Part shown: positions 10,706 to 24,227 of the stretch, in pieces | Position numbering within the stretch: the stretch's first letter is position 1 | Layout of the letters: each line of letters starts with the position of its first letter | Origin: Octopus vulgaris | Lineage: Eukaryota | Length of the DNA: 64,000 bases | Direction: 5' to 3' | Assembly (NCBI GenBank): GCA_951406725.2 | Contig: OX597819.1 | Span: 21,390,001 to 21,454,000, forward strand | The notes under the pieces: generated by a model | Seen by the model: only the letters and a program-made list of their open reading frames with translations | What the model was told of the DNA's origin: nothing | Database searches by the model: none | Made by a program: the position numbers and the translations under genes

Positions 10706-13700
10706 GTGTTTATGCATATTTTTATGTTAAGCATGTACTGATTGTGTTTGTGTCTCCGACTCGCCGTATTTCAGTCTATATTTGAACATATGCATGTATT
10801 TACCATTCCGCTTTCATGTACTATTTTATTACTTCAAATATTAATCGATATATTTTGCAATTTATCAAATTCGTTCGCGTAATCGAATATACTTACATTA
10901 AAGGTAAATACTGCTCTACGCGTATGTATATAGCCACATCTATACAAACTGTATAATAGACACAAGTATATGTAGAATAACTGCTGTATAGTCACTTTAG
11001 CTTTATTATGCACTTCTATTTGAAGTCGGCGTGTATATGTTGTGAATATAAGGAAGAACAAAATAACAAAACAAACAAAATGTGTAAACTAGAATAATAA
11101 AAAAAAAATATCTGCTTCATTGTTATTGGAAGTAAATTTTGAAATATGGATGAATGTGAAAGGGTATTTTATTGGAAAACATTAAGAAAATAATAGAACT
11201 ACGAAGTTATGGCACTTATATATTTATGTATTCAACGTACTCTGTTTTCAGTGTGATTGATGGAAATTTCCTTAAAAATCTGAAAACAAACGCAGAGTGT
11301 CTATAAAATATAATTGGGTATTTGAATTAATGTGTTATCGTATATCTATGCGATTGGAGATAATTGCAAGAGAAGCGATATAAACAAGCATTTGTTTCTT
11401 CTTCTCCTGATATAACAGGCTATACATGTCATTTAGTAAGAAATATAGATACATATTATGGTATTGTTCTTGCTTTTTTTTTTACACATATATATAAATT
11501 TTTGTTTTCTATGTTTGTGTATAGGTGCGTGTGCCATGAAATAAAATTATGTTTATTTCGGTGAAACACAAAATTTTCACAATTGAATTTCAAGCGGAAT
11601 GTTAAAATCTCTTAGAGTGTTTTTTCTTTTCTTTTATTTATTTTTTTTTTTTTTACTTATTGAGATAGTGTTTTTTAGAAAAATTACGAAATTTTAGATT
11701 TAAAAATATGTTGTTTTTATTTCCAGTCATAAAGGATGTCAATTGGCGTAATTTTAATGTATTTTTGCCTAATTTAAATACTCAACACAAACAAAAGAAA
11801 ACATAGGTAAAATAATTCATTTATTTATTTATTTGCTGGTATAAATTTCAGGATAATTCTTATATTTAATTAACTAATGGAAAAGGATCTTTCAAAATCA
11901 TAAACCTGATAAATGATGCTATATATTTCATGGTTCCTCGCCTTGTTGATTTTCCATGACGTTCCATTATTTTATTGGTCAGAAGTCCATAAATATGGAA
12001 TGAGCTAGATATCATAAATATTTGTTTCTATTTGGTTAAACTCAAATATTTGGCAAGGAGCGGAAGGAGTTAAATGTTCACTAATGAAAGAAAATTTTCC
12101 GTTTTCTATCTGCAATTTACTCACGTGTCATTTGAGCTAAATTTAATCATTTCAGAACGAATGAATTGTCTTTGCTTTGTTTCTAACTGGTTTTCCGGTC
12201 ATAAATTTCTGACATTAAACCTTCAGGCTTCTTTATTTCAAAACTTCACTCTACAACACAGATTAAATTCTCATCTACGTGTTTTTTTTATATAATTTTT
12301 AACGAGGAAAGTAGTTGTGCACATAATGCTTTGGGGGCCTCAGAGAATGAGGTGAGCAAATTACTTTCTGATAGAGACATGGATCAAATCCATGCAACAG
12401 TGGAATCCGTTACAGTACATAATGTGCCAGATAGTTGTGTTAAAATAGGAGACAGAATAAGTCTACCACATGTGTAGGCTATGAAGGAACTCGAGATAAA
12501 CCACAAGGTATTCGGTACAGTGCTGTTACAATTCTACCAGTCCGGTTTTGTTACGAATTTGGTCGGTTAGGAAAGAATGAAAGGCAAATTTGCTGTTCAT
12601 TGAGGTTTGAGAACTCAATGCGCAAACATTCTATCCGACGCCCTAAATATCCGTCGAGTTTTCTCTCTACATTGAAAATGTGAGTATTTTACTAGAAGTT
12701 GACGTTTTCTGAATAGTTTACTCACGAGGAAATGGTTACGTTTATGTACATTGAAAAACTTCCAGGATCGAGTTAGTTTGGTGTTCGTCTTGAACATTTA
12801 ACAGTCGATCGTCACAGGAAAAGAATGAGGCAGAAGAAAATTCCAAAGCGATGACATTCTGAGAAGTAAGGTCCGATGAAAGAGAATTCCGGAGATATGA
12901 TACTTTAGAAAATATAAACTGATTAAAAAAAGAATGAATTAAATCCTGCTCTGAGGAGCGAATGTATGAGTGACGAATAGAAGAGTTGCGAGAGGGAAAG
13001 AGAGAAAGAGAGGGGGGCATGGTGACAGCTAAGAATGGATTATAGTAGTGATTGAACTCCTAGGAATCAGTCAGGTGTCTTTCTTTTGGATGTGGTCTAC
13101 TGTATTTACGTGTAGTAAAAGTACCATTGTGTCTGTCTCTTATGCGAATTAATGATACACGTGAAAGGCACCAGGTAATTCATTTAAGATATGATTTAAG
13201 AAACACTGGATTTAGTTGCTATTTTTAGCAGCCAAAATATAAAGCAACAATAAATAGTAACGATACAACGATTAATATTTCCTCATCTAATAAAGAAGAA
13301 ATAGAAAAAAAAACACTCCCTGATTTGTGTGCAAGGGTATTTTCTGCGCTTATTCTGTCAACAGAAACTGGGCTTGAACTGAGAGCCAGACATTAGTAAT
13401 AACTTGAAAAAGAACTTGTTGGTCTGCTAACTGTGCTGGGAATGCACTTTGCCTACAGTAAATACGCTGCTTTTCTTTGCAGAAACATCCACTATTCCAC
13501 CACCACCATCATCCTCCATTTCCAACACCGCACTAGCCTCCCACGCCAGTAAACTCCTCACCATAACCTACATTTTTTTCATTCTACATTTTTATATTTC
13601 TTCTCCATTAGTCATGGAAATATTAATCGTTCTATTGTTGCTATTTATTGTCGCTGTCATTTTTTTTGGCACACATTCAACATTCTGAGTTGTTGATATA

Positions 13701-13946
13701 TTTGTCATAGATTTTAATGAGATCCTTCAGCCGAGCTCTGCTCACGATAAGCCCGGCTTGAAGGAAAGGCAGAGCTTCGTCAAACAATTATCATGCTACT
13801 GGAAAATTTACAAGCATATATATTTACAATATGTTACGTTTTGACAATAACGATATGATTTCTGTCAATACTTCCATATAAGCCTGGTTCTCTCCACCTG
13901 GAAAGCTTGCAACCTATTCCGTGGTTGTGAACCGGGATTTTGGGAG

Positions 13947-14025
<79 letters not shown>

Positions 14026-14125
14026 ATATATATATAGTTGACAAGAGATAAATTTTGCCTCTTTTTTATGGAGACAAAAGTGTTTATAACACTGCAAAAA
14101 ACAAGTGTTCAATGGTTTATATATG

Positions 14126-14163
<38 letters not shown>

Positions 14164-14164
<1 letters not shown>

Positions 14165-14550
14165 CAGGAGTGGCTGTGTGATAAGTAGCTTGCTAACCAA
14201 CCACATGGTTCCGGGTTCAGTCCACTGCGTGGCATCTTGGGCAAGTGTCTTCTGCTATAGCCCCGGGCCAATGCCTTGTGAGTGGATTTGGTAGACGGAA
14301 ACTGAAAGAAGCCTGTCGTATATATGTATATATATATATGTATGTGTGTGTCTGAGTTTGTCCTCCTAGCATTGCTTGACAACCGATGCTGGTGTGTTTA
14401 CATCCCCGTCACTTAGCGGTTCGGAAAAAGAGACCGATAGAATAAGTACTGAGCTTAGAAAGAATAAGTCCCGGGGTCGATTTGCTCGACTAAAGGCGGT
14501 GCTCCAGCATGGCCGCAGTCAAATGATAAACAAGTAAAAGAGTAAAGAGT
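14164..14550 (+). mobile_element. tRNA-derived SINE family A, full length
   Basis: Head GCAGGAGTGGCTGTGTG...GGGTTCAGTCC, internal TA/TG tract, tail GGCGGTGCTCCAGCATGGCCGCAGTC...GTAAAAGA. More than 10 copies in the window. Confidence 0.95.
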
Positions 14551-14560
14551 ATATATATAC

Positions 14561-14690
14561 ACGACGTGCTTCTTTCAGTTTCCGTCTACCAAATCCCCTC
14601 ACAAAGCTTTGGTCGGCCCGAGGCTATTGTACCCTGAACCCAGAACCATGTGGTTGGTAAGCAAGCTACGTAGCACACAGCTACTCCTAT
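14561..14690 (-). mobile_element. SINE family A 5' half with internal deletion, convergent with the 14164 copy
   Basis: Reverse complement of the family A head and of GACGGAAACTGAAAGAAGC. Confidence 0.85.
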
Positions 14691-14759
<69 letters not shown>

Positions 14760-14861
14760 GGAGTAAACACATAAATGTGAAACAAGGTGGAAAAAAGAGT
14801 ACTCAAATACCAGTGGTAGAGTAATATGCTTTATTTTAAGCAGCAGAAAATTCAACAAAAT

Positions 14862-14899
14862 CTGTTACTCTGATTTTCTCGTTGCCGTTCATCAGACAG
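14862..14899 (-). ncRNA. Minimal type I hammerhead-like motif in a PLE-like 3' terminal fragment (14755-15200)
   Basis: Reverse complement CUGU CUGAUGA ACG-gcaa-CGA GAA AAUC-a-GAGU A ACAG. Canonical core and GUA triplet, with two stem mismatches. Confidence 0.65.
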
Positions 14900-15434
14900 T
14901 TTTTGCTAGAATGGAACTGATATATCAATTCAATCTATACTCTTACAAACGCTACACCTTTAAAAAGAAATGGACTTGTTTGATTGGCCCTTTAGAAAAA
15001 ATGGTCAATCTTCGAGCGATAAACAAAAAGGTCAAAAATATATGTATATATATATATAAAAAACTTATAAAAATTATAAAATCCGAGGAAAAAACCTTAC
15101 ATTGAATAAAATACATATTGACGTTAATGAAGAAAGTGCAAATTAATGCATAGAAATTAAACCTGTTATAAATATTACACTGCAATACATAATTATATTA
15201 AAATCTACATATATATATCAACATACACAAAATTATGCGTGCAAACGCCATACATATACAATCGTCAGAAAAGCGAGCACGTGTGTATGTAAGTGTGCGA
15301 GAGCATAAAATTCCGTGAGCCTCTACGTGTGTGTCTGTGGGGGGGGGGGGGGCAAACGCATATGTATAACAGCTAATATGTGCATGCGTGACTGACATGG
15401 GCGCGTATATGAGTGTCTGTCCATGAAGTGTGTG

Positions 15435-15484
<50 letters not shown>

Positions 15485-15724
15485 ATAGTGTTAAGTTGGA
15501 AGCAGCTCCAATACTATAAGAAACATTTATGTCACATGATGTATGTGTTTTCTTCAAAAACGTTCAGGCTACGGTATTTCGTTCAGGGAAAATCCCTTGA
15601 AGACGTACAGTGTTAAAAACTGAACTACACAGCTCAAAACTAAGCGACATGAGGAAAACTCTTGGTGAACGAGAACACTCGATATTAATGTTTTGCTGAT
15701 ATTTCAGATCCCCGGTAACGCATA

Positions 15725-16017
15725 CTGGACTGACACTCGAAATGATCCGATTTTACCTTTTTTAAAACTGAATGAAATTTAATAGTATTTTAGAATGTCT
15801 AATGAATTAAGAATTATTTTTATGCATTTGTGTACATTCAAACTAATTAGATATTATTTTACAGAATAATAGAATTAAAATTTCTTTGATTAAAACCCGT
15901 TCTAACATAGAAGTATCCAAAGAGCATTTAAGGCACGTAATGCTTTATGAGTACAAAAAAGGAAACTCTGCAGCCAAAGTGACTCGAAACATACACTTAG
16001 TTTATGGGAAAGAATGC
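15725..16017 (+). mobile_element. Mariner 5' fragment (N-terminal HTH only)
   Basis: IEVSKEHLRHVMLYEYKKGNSAAKVTRNIHLVYGKEC resembles mariner transposase N-termini. The 5' boundary is approximate. Confidence 0.75.
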
Positions 16018-16174
16018 TGTTATTTTCCTACTGTCGTCATTATGAGCACCTTTAGCATCATATGTATGTATATGTATATATGCATATGTATATGTATATA
16101 TACAGGTGTAACGGTTAGACATATCTATCTATCTGTCTATCTATCTATCTATATATATATATATACACATCAAT

Positions 16175-16727
16175 CAAAAATTTGAACAAGAACGCAACAG
16201 ACGACAATAAGACATCCGGACAGATAGACAATACTAAGACGGACTGGGGAAATCAAGGATGGCTCATTCGCAGACATCGCTCGTCAGTCAAGTTTCCAGA
16301 TCATATTTACAGTTTCGGCCGGTTACACTTGAGACTGTTCAAATTTGGTTGGCTCCAAAAATCTAAGCTAAGATCATTAAATTTTGGGGTTGAAGGCAAA
16401 AACATACGGAGAAAATGTTGCACAATGATAAATACAAACAGCAAGAATATAACATCAAAAAGAACCATAAAGAAGAATCAAGTTGAAGTAGCGTCTGTAG
16501 TGTGAAAGTCTTCAGACAGAAACATATCAGATGAAGATAAGCGATGAGAGTCATGAGGCAGGAATATAAGAGATGCTTCGTGGCCGGCAATCGAGTCTTT
16601 TGTTTCTTTTCTGTCTTTTTGTTGTTTGTTCTGTCCGTCATTTTGTTGATTTTCCTGTCCGTCTTTGTATCGGCTATCTGTCCGGATGTCTTATTGTCGT
16701 TTGCTGTGTTCGTGTTCCAATTTTTGG
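16175..16727. repeat. Diverged inverted pair of ~80-bp repeats (16175-16256 and 16646-16727)
   Basis: ACGACAATAAGACATCCGGACAGATAG is mirrored by CTATCTGTCCGGATGTCTTATTGTCGT. Both outer ends abut TA/CA tracts. Confidence 0.85.
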
Positions 16728-18025
16728 TTTTGTATATACACATAGTGGCGTACGTACACTTTTGCTCACCTTGTAAGTAAGTGTGTGTGTGTGTGTATAA
16801 ATATTGACAAGCACACCGTAAGTGATGTATTCTTCCGCCAGTCGTCTCTGAGAGCGTCGACATTTTCTTGTACAAACTATGCAGCTTTTGGCAGCGAAAG
16901 TTGTAAGAAAGTTGTATGAAGCCACTTGCCCTTCAGCTGTCTCAGGGTTACCCAAGAATATGCGTTAATTTCCACGATTCAACCTATATATTAACCTCTC
17001 AGTCTTGGGGTTCAAATTGAGGTTCTTACATTCTAACTCTATTATCAGAACAATATTTTGGTGTTGTTTTTTTGTTTATAATTTTTGTTGTTTACTTGAT
17101 CTATCGGTTTAATCCCATCTACATTTTCCTATTTCCCTCCCCTACTATCCACCCCCTCTCTCTCTCTCCCTTCCCCATTGTTTTATTTTTGCTGTTTCGC
17201 CTTTGTTCCGTCCCAAACCTTGAGGCCATTAAAACCTTGAGGCAAATGAAAGAAATTATAATGATAATAAATTAATAACAACAATAATAATAAAAATGAA
17301 AATAATAATAATAAGAAGAAGAAAAAGAAGAAGGACAAAATTATGGTAACAACAATATAAACAAGAACAATAATTATAATAATAATAATAATTATTATTA
17401 TTATTATTATTATTATTATCATCATCGTTATTATTGTTGTTGTTGTTCTTGTTCTTGTTGTTGTTATAGCAGCAACGAGAGCGACAGCAACAATAACAAT
17501 TGAAAACAACCTGATTAATCTATAATTGGCATCGAAATGGAATAAGTTTATATTATTATACAATTACTATTAATTTTCTGAAAAAAAAAAATCGTTTTTC
17601 GATCTCTGAGTCCAAAATTGTCTGACTCATTCGCCACCTTCCGCACCCTACGCCCTAAACACAAGATTAACAACACCCACCTCTGTATTACACACACACA
17701 CACACACACACATACACATACACACACAGATGAACATTCTAAACGAGCACACCAACACCGCCCTCAGCAACCCTTCCACATCATGACCTACTTGTTTCAC
17801 TCAGTGTGCTGTTGTGACTTTGTATTCTTCTCTATTAGTCATCGAACCGTTGATGATAGTTCCATCGTTACCAATTTCTGTTGCTACCCACTTGTTACAT
17901 ACTGACACTTTCCTCAATATTTCTTTGGTTGATTGCCTGGTTGTTGTTGTTGTTGTTGTTGTTGTTGTAGATATTTTTGTTCTTGTTGATTAACCCCTGG
18001 AAAAATCTAATCTAGACACACAGAC

Positions 18026-18180
18026 AGGCGTAGGCATGACTGCGAGGGGAGGAGACGCTTGCTTTGCAAACAGGTGGTTTGTGGGTCAGTTCCACTGCGT
18101 GGTCCCAGAGCAACCGTCTTCTATTATAACCCCAGGCAGAAAATTGCCTTGTGGGTGAACTTGATTGACGGAAACTGTTT
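18026..18180 (+). mobile_element. SINE family A 5' half, degenerate
   Basis: CAGTTCCACTGCGTGG...GCCTTGTGGGTG...GACGGAAACTG. Confidence 0.7.
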
Positions 18181-18220
18181 TCTACTCCATCGCGCGCGTG
18201 TGTGTGTGTGTAATTATATA

Positions 18221-18274
<54 letters not shown>

Positions 18275-18278
<4 letters not shown>

Positions 18279-18683
18279 CTCTTTTACTTGTTTCAGTCAT
18301 TTGACTGCGGCCATGCTGGAACACCGCCATTTAGTCGAGCAAATCGACCCCGGGACGTATTCTTTGTGAGCCCAGTACTTATTCTATCGCTCTCTTTTGC
18401 CGAACCGCTAGGTGACGGGGACGTAAACACACCAGCATCGGTTGCCAAGCAATGCTAGGGGGACAAACACTGACACGCAAACACACACACATACATATAT
18501 ACATATATACACGACAGGCTTCATTCAATTTCCGTCTACCAAATCCACTCACAAGGCTTTGGTCAGAAGACACTTGCCAAGACACTTTCGGCAGAAGACA
18601 CTTGCCAAGATGCCACGCAGTGGGACTGAACCCGGAAACATGTGGTTGGTTAGCAAGCTACTTACCACACAGCCACTCCTGCG

Positions 18684-18686
<3 letters not shown>
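18275..18686 (-). mobile_element. SINE family A, full length, with a small internal duplication
   Basis: Reverse complement of the family A sequence. AGAAGACACTTGCCAAGA occurs twice. Confidence 0.95.
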
Positions 18687-18727
<41 letters not shown>

Positions 18728-19479
18728 TATTATTATATGATTGAACTCACAGCGTTTATAATTCTATGTGAAATATATTTTAATGTTTAATGTTGAAACG
18801 TTGAACAGTTTATTCAGAAGCCAGCTCCAAATGTTTTTTCTTTTTTTTTTTTCCTGTTTTGAAGTACTCAAGTTCTCGTACAGAAACAGGCGACCGTAGC
18901 GTGAAATAACGTAAGAGAATATATATATATATATATATATATATATTGCTGAAGTTTAAATCATAAAATTCCTGATCAAGCAAGTCATTCCAACCGTGAA
19001 CCTTCCTTATTTTAAAGATAAATAGCGCTATACCACATAACGTGCCCTTTACTGATTTAAAGCAGTAGTGTGCCATTTAAGAACCACACATGCCATTTCT
19101 TGCAGTCAAAGTGACTATACAACAGTTTGCCTGCATGAACTTCAGATCGAGTTTGAACCGTTACGTGACCTCTAGGTCAAAGAAACAGCTTGACACGAAC
19201 TCCAGCGCAGTGGTTTGACTTTGAATAACTAAATGAAGTCAGAATCAAGATTAAATTACAAGATAAATTTGAGGTCGACTTTCAATCACTACACGACCTC
19301 CATTTCAATGTTGCATCCTTACATGAATTATATGAATTATAGATTGACACTGAACAGCTGTACAAAGTTTGTATCACCATCAAATTAATGCATGAACTCT
19401 AGATAAACTTCGAATCAATCCATGATATCTGGCTCCATCTTCAATTGCTACATGAACCCTGTGGTAATATTGAATCTCT

Positions 19480-19623
19480 ATGTTGAAATTCCGCCGAGGT
19501 CGACGTTGCCTTTCATCATTTTGGGGTCGATAAATTACGTACCGGTTGCATAATGAAGTCGATCTAATCGACTGGCCCCTTCCACAAAAATTTCGGGCCT
19601 TGTGCCTAGAGTAGAAAAATATT
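19480..19623 (+). mobile_element. SINE family B, 5'-truncated
   Basis: AAATTCCGCCGAGGTCGAC.TTGCCTTTCATC...GGCCTTGTGCCTAGAGTAGAAA. Confidence 0.85.
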
Positions 19624-20639
19624 GAATCTCTACAGCTTGTCATTTTTGTGATTCGAGTGCAACTGAAATCTCAAAATACTTGCAGCTGGATTCCATTTTC
19701 TTTAGCTACCGTCTTGAATAAAGTAATTCTCAGCGACCTTCAATCCATACAGTACCAACCACAACGAACTTACCCTGTATTACACCCTCTTTAAGGAACG
19801 GTAACCAGTATGGTTTGATAATCCTGGAACACTGACAACATACCACTACCATAGAAGTATTCCAGCACAGAGTTGATTTAAACGATCAACACCTATGAGA
19901 AGGACCATGGCCAACTTGTTCGTTTGTTCTACCCATAATCGGAAGATCATGATTTTGATTCCTGGAAACGGGGTGGTGGTGCGTTGTGTCCTTCAGCAAA
20001 ACTCTCCATTTTCCCGTTCCTCCAGTTCACTCCACTGTAAATGAGTAAAGCGGCGGATCAATGGCGTCTTGTTCAAAGAAAGTGTTTTCATTTCGGTCAC
20101 TTACAGGCAAAGAAAACCAGGTCGTATGGCTCCTAGCACTGGACACAGTAACGCCGAGGAAGAGGGGGGGGGGAATCTTGCTTTACTTTACCAACACTAT
20201 CTTGCTTTAATGACGATGCCTTTATTTCCTCACACCTAATATAGACATGAAAACAACCTCTGTGTCCTCCTCCACATTTTATATATAATTTATAAGAATA
20301 TCATTAGTATTCACCTCCATTCAGGATAACATTTAAAATTAATTAATTTGTCTACCAGTAGTTGAACCTGACCTCGAAAAAGACTCGCTTGTCTTTAAAT
20401 CTGATTTGTTAAAACGGTTTAGAGTGGTAGAGGGGTAATCGGATGCATTTTAATCAATAATGACTAGAATTGCCAGTTAAGACAGTAAATTACCTCTGCA
20501 AATATTTATTTGCCTGCAAAATTAGAGAATAGATCACGTGTCTTCTACTGAGAATTCTTCAAACTTTGTCATTTTCTCTCTGATTTTCTTCAAGATAATT
20601 TCAGCAGAAAATTAGGAGGCAAATCTTGCAGACCCTTGT

Positions 20640-22150
20640 TTTTTGTTTTATTATTATTATTATTTTGCTTCCTCTTTCCTTTTCTTTCACATCAGTCTCT
20701 TCCTCATCTTTTACATTTCTTCTACATCTTTTTTCCCATTTTATCTTTATACATTTTTTTTCCTTTTTCCATCTTTATTCTTCATTTTTTATTTTCTTCC
20801 TTTTCTTCTTCTTTCCTTCCTTTTTATTTATCCTTTTCCGCATTTCCTTTGTTCCTTTTCTTGTTTTCTTTTCCTTCTTCTTTATCATTTAATTTTCTCT
20901 TTGTTTTCTTATTCCTCATCCTCTTTTTCCCATCTCTTTTTCTTCTTTTCATCGTCGTCGTCGTCGTCAGTTTCTTCCCTTTTCTATTCATGTCTTTCTC
21001 CTCTTCTTTTTCTTCCTTTTCTTTTTATCTTACTCATTGTGTCTGTACCTTCATGTCTTCTTTCTTTTCCTCTTCTTTCTTCCTATACATTTTCCCCAGC
21101 TGTGCTCGTTCTCATCGATGATCATCGATGTTCGTCCGTGACTAACTCCTATGAATCCCCCCACCACCCTCAACACCTTCTATAAACCTGGACAACAATA
21201 TCAAACATGCCCTTTCCTCCTTAACTCGATAAGGCATGATTTCAGGATTACATGGCTGCTATTTCAAGCAGACCGGATCACCACTCTGAAGCCCCATTTT
21301 GAGCTCAGTTTATTTCACTTTGTTCTTGTTGTTGTTGTCGTTACTTTCACTGTTGTTTTTGTTGTTGTGGTGGTTACTTTCGCTTTCCTTCCTGTTGTTG
21401 TTGCTCTTTTGTTGGTGAGGCCGTTCTTGCAGGTTTTTTTGTCACAGTTGCAGTAGCTGCTGCATGTGAAGTCGTTGTTGTCGCTGCTGTTGCAGTTGTT
21501 ATTTTTGCTGTTGTCCGTGGTTGCAGCCGTTGCAACAAAACCGTTGTTGTCGCTGCTGTTGCTGCATCTGCTGTTGTTGTTGTTGTCGCTGTTTGTTGTT
21601 GCAGTTGTTGTTTATGCTACACTTACTGATGTCCCTGCTGCTGAAATTTCTTTCGTCGTTGCAGTTGCAGCTTCTCATTGCAACTTCCGCTACTTCCGCT
21701 GCTATATTTGCTGCAGTAGTTTGTCCGTTTGCTGCATCTGATGCCTTTTTTTTACTCCGTTGCTGATGTGTCTGCTGCTACGGCTACTGCTGCTGCTGCT
21801 GCTGCTATTGCTGCTGTGCTCGTTCTCAGCTTCTGCTGCTTATGCAGCCTTAGCTGCTGCAAATCACCGTTGTTCACGCTGCTCTTCTGCTTACCGCCGA
21901 TCTCGTCACATTTCTTCGTGCTGCTGAGGTTGTTGTTATTGCTGCTGCTGCTGCTGCTGCTGCTGTTGTTACTTTTGATGTACATGTTGCTGCTGCTGTG
22001 TTCGCAGCTCTATCTATTGTCTCTCTCGTCGTTGCTATTGTCTCTCTTACTGCTGTTTTGCTACCGTGTTACTGAGGTTGTCGTTATTATTGCTGCATCT
22101 TATTATTGTTGCTATTGTTGTTATGACTATTGTAGCGTTGCTATCGTTGC
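20640..22150. repeat. Low-complexity CT-rich block followed by degenerate (GTT/GCT)n
   Basis: Direct inspection. Confidence 0.85.
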
Positions 22151-22165
22151 TAGAGCAGGTAATAA

Positions 22166-22580
22166 GGTGGTGAGCTGGCAGAAACGTTAGCGCGCCGAGC
22201 GAAATGCTTAGCGGTATTTCGTCTGTCGTTACGTTCTGAGTTCAAATTCCGCCGAGGTCGACTTTGCCTTTCATCCTTTCGGAGTCGATTAGATAAGTAC
22301 CAGTTACGAACTGGGGTCGATATAATCGGCTTAATCCGTTTGTCTGTCCTTGTTTGTCCTCTCTGGGTTTAGCCCATTGTGGGTAGTAAAGAAATAGGTA
22401 TTTCGTCTGTAATTGCGTTCTGAGTTCAAATTCCGCCGAGGTCGACTTTGCCTTTCATCCTTTCGGAGTCGATAAATAAAGTACCAGTTTCACACTGGGA
22501 TTGATGTAACCGACTTAATCCGTTTGTCTGTCCTTGTTTGTCCCCTCTATGTTTAGCCCCTTGTGGGCAGTAAATAAATA
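22166..22580 (+). mobile_element. SINE family B, dimeric
   Basis: Head GGTGAGCTGGCAGAAACGTTAGC. The core and tail repeat from GGTATTTCGTCTGT at ~22397. Confidence 0.93.
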
Positions 22581-22977
22581 TATTACCAGTGTTGATGTTG
22601 AAGTTATTTAACTAGACACCCGCTCCCGGTGCCACTCGCTTGACTGTTTTACATCTTGATAATTTCATTCAACCTTCAACTGTTAAAGATATCAGTAAAG
22701 GCGGGAAACGAACCATCGCCAGTTATCTTGTGTATTTTAGGCGTTTCATTCGTAAAATTCGGCCATACTGGGGCACCATCATGAAGGTTGGTGTCGAACA
22801 AATCGATTCGGATAGTTATTTTAGATTTGGTGCATATTTAATCGGTCGCTGATTCCGAGCTGCTAAGTTAAAGGATGCAAACACCGGACGTAGTTGGGTG
22901 GTGTTGGAAAACAAATTCAGACACAAAGACGCATCGCCATTCATTCATACATAAATGCATGCATCCATACATGCATA

Positions 22978-23109
22978 CCGGCAAAAGAGACCGATAGAAT
23001 AAGTACTGGGCTTACAAAGAATAAGTCCTGAGGTCGAGTTGCTCGATTAAAGGCGCGGTGCTCCAGCATGGCCGCAGTCAAATGACTGAAAGAAGTAAAA
23101 GAGAAAGAG
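22978..23109 (+). mobile_element. SINE family A 3' part
   Basis: GGCAAAAGAGACCGATAGAATAAGTAC...GCAGTCAAATGACTGAAA. Confidence 0.9.
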
Positions 23110-23110
23110 A

Positions 23111-23245
23111 TATGCCATGTATATATATATGCCATGTATATATATATATATGCCAAGTATATATATATATATATATATGCCAAGTATATATATATATATA
23201 TATATGCCAAGTATATATATATATATATATATGTATAATGCCATG
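23111..23245. repeat. Compound minisatellite [ATGCCA(A/T)G + (TA)n], about 6 units
   Basis: Direct inspection. Confidence 0.85.
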
Positions 23246-23250
23246 ATTAT

Positions 23251-23281
<31 letters not shown>

Positions 23282-23800
23282 CATGTGTATGTATGTATGT
23301 ATTAGCAGAAGTAGCAGAGTCTGGGATTTTAGTGTGTTGTATGTATACTGAGCTTCCGCTTACGAAATTTCCTCACAAAGAATTGGTCGGCCTGGGACTA
23401 GAAGAGTTTTGCCCGAGATGCCATGCAGTGAGACTGAACCTGAATCCAGGTGGTTGCGAAGTGAGATTCTGAACCACACATCCGTATCTACGCCTGTCTT
23501 TGAACAACAGATCTCTGTCTTCGCTCGCACAACATCTTGACTTTCTATAAAAGCGAATTTTAATGAAAGGCTAAGAAAGCCTTCGTTGGAGGGAGCATGC
23601 GAAACGGCGACCACATCCAATGCAGGTACCCAGGTACACAAATGATCCCCTCCCGGGCCCGGCGAAGTAGTGACCACAGGCTAAATTTACAAATGAAATC
23701 CCTTCAATATCATGCTTTCCTCGTTTTTAACAAGGAACGAAAATATTTATAATCCTTAGTAAATTATTCACGTGAAATATAAATAAAACGGTCGCATATA

Positions 23801-24217
23801 GGCGCAGGAGTGGCTGTGTGGTAAGTAGCTTGCTAACCAACCACATGGTTCCGGGTTCAGTCCTACTGCATGGCATCTTGGGCAAGTGTCTTCTGCTATA
23901 GCCCCGGGCAGACCAATGCCTTGTGAGTGGATTTGGTAGATGGAAACTGAAAGAAGCCTGTCGTATATATGTATATATATATAAGTGTGTGTGTATATGT
24001 TTGTGTGTCTGTGTTTGTCCCACTAGCATTGCTTGACAACCGATGCTGGTGTGTTTACGTCCCCGTTACTTAGCGGTTCGGAAAAAGAGACCGATAGAAT
24101 AAGTACTGGGCTTACAAAGAATGAGTCCCGGGGTCGATTTGCTCGACTAAAGGCGGTGCTCCAGCATGGCCGCAGTCAAATGACTGAAACAAGTAAAAAA
24201 GAATAAAAAAAAAGAGA
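23801..24217 (+). mobile_element. SINE family A, full length
   Basis: Matches the other family A copies end to end. Confidence 0.95.
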
Positions 24218-24227
24218 GTAAAAGAAT

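Noticed and set aside
23111-23245. CRISPR-like repeat-spacer pattern
   Set aside because: The units are only 8 nt, the spacers are pure (TA)n, the context is eukaryotic and no cas genes are present.
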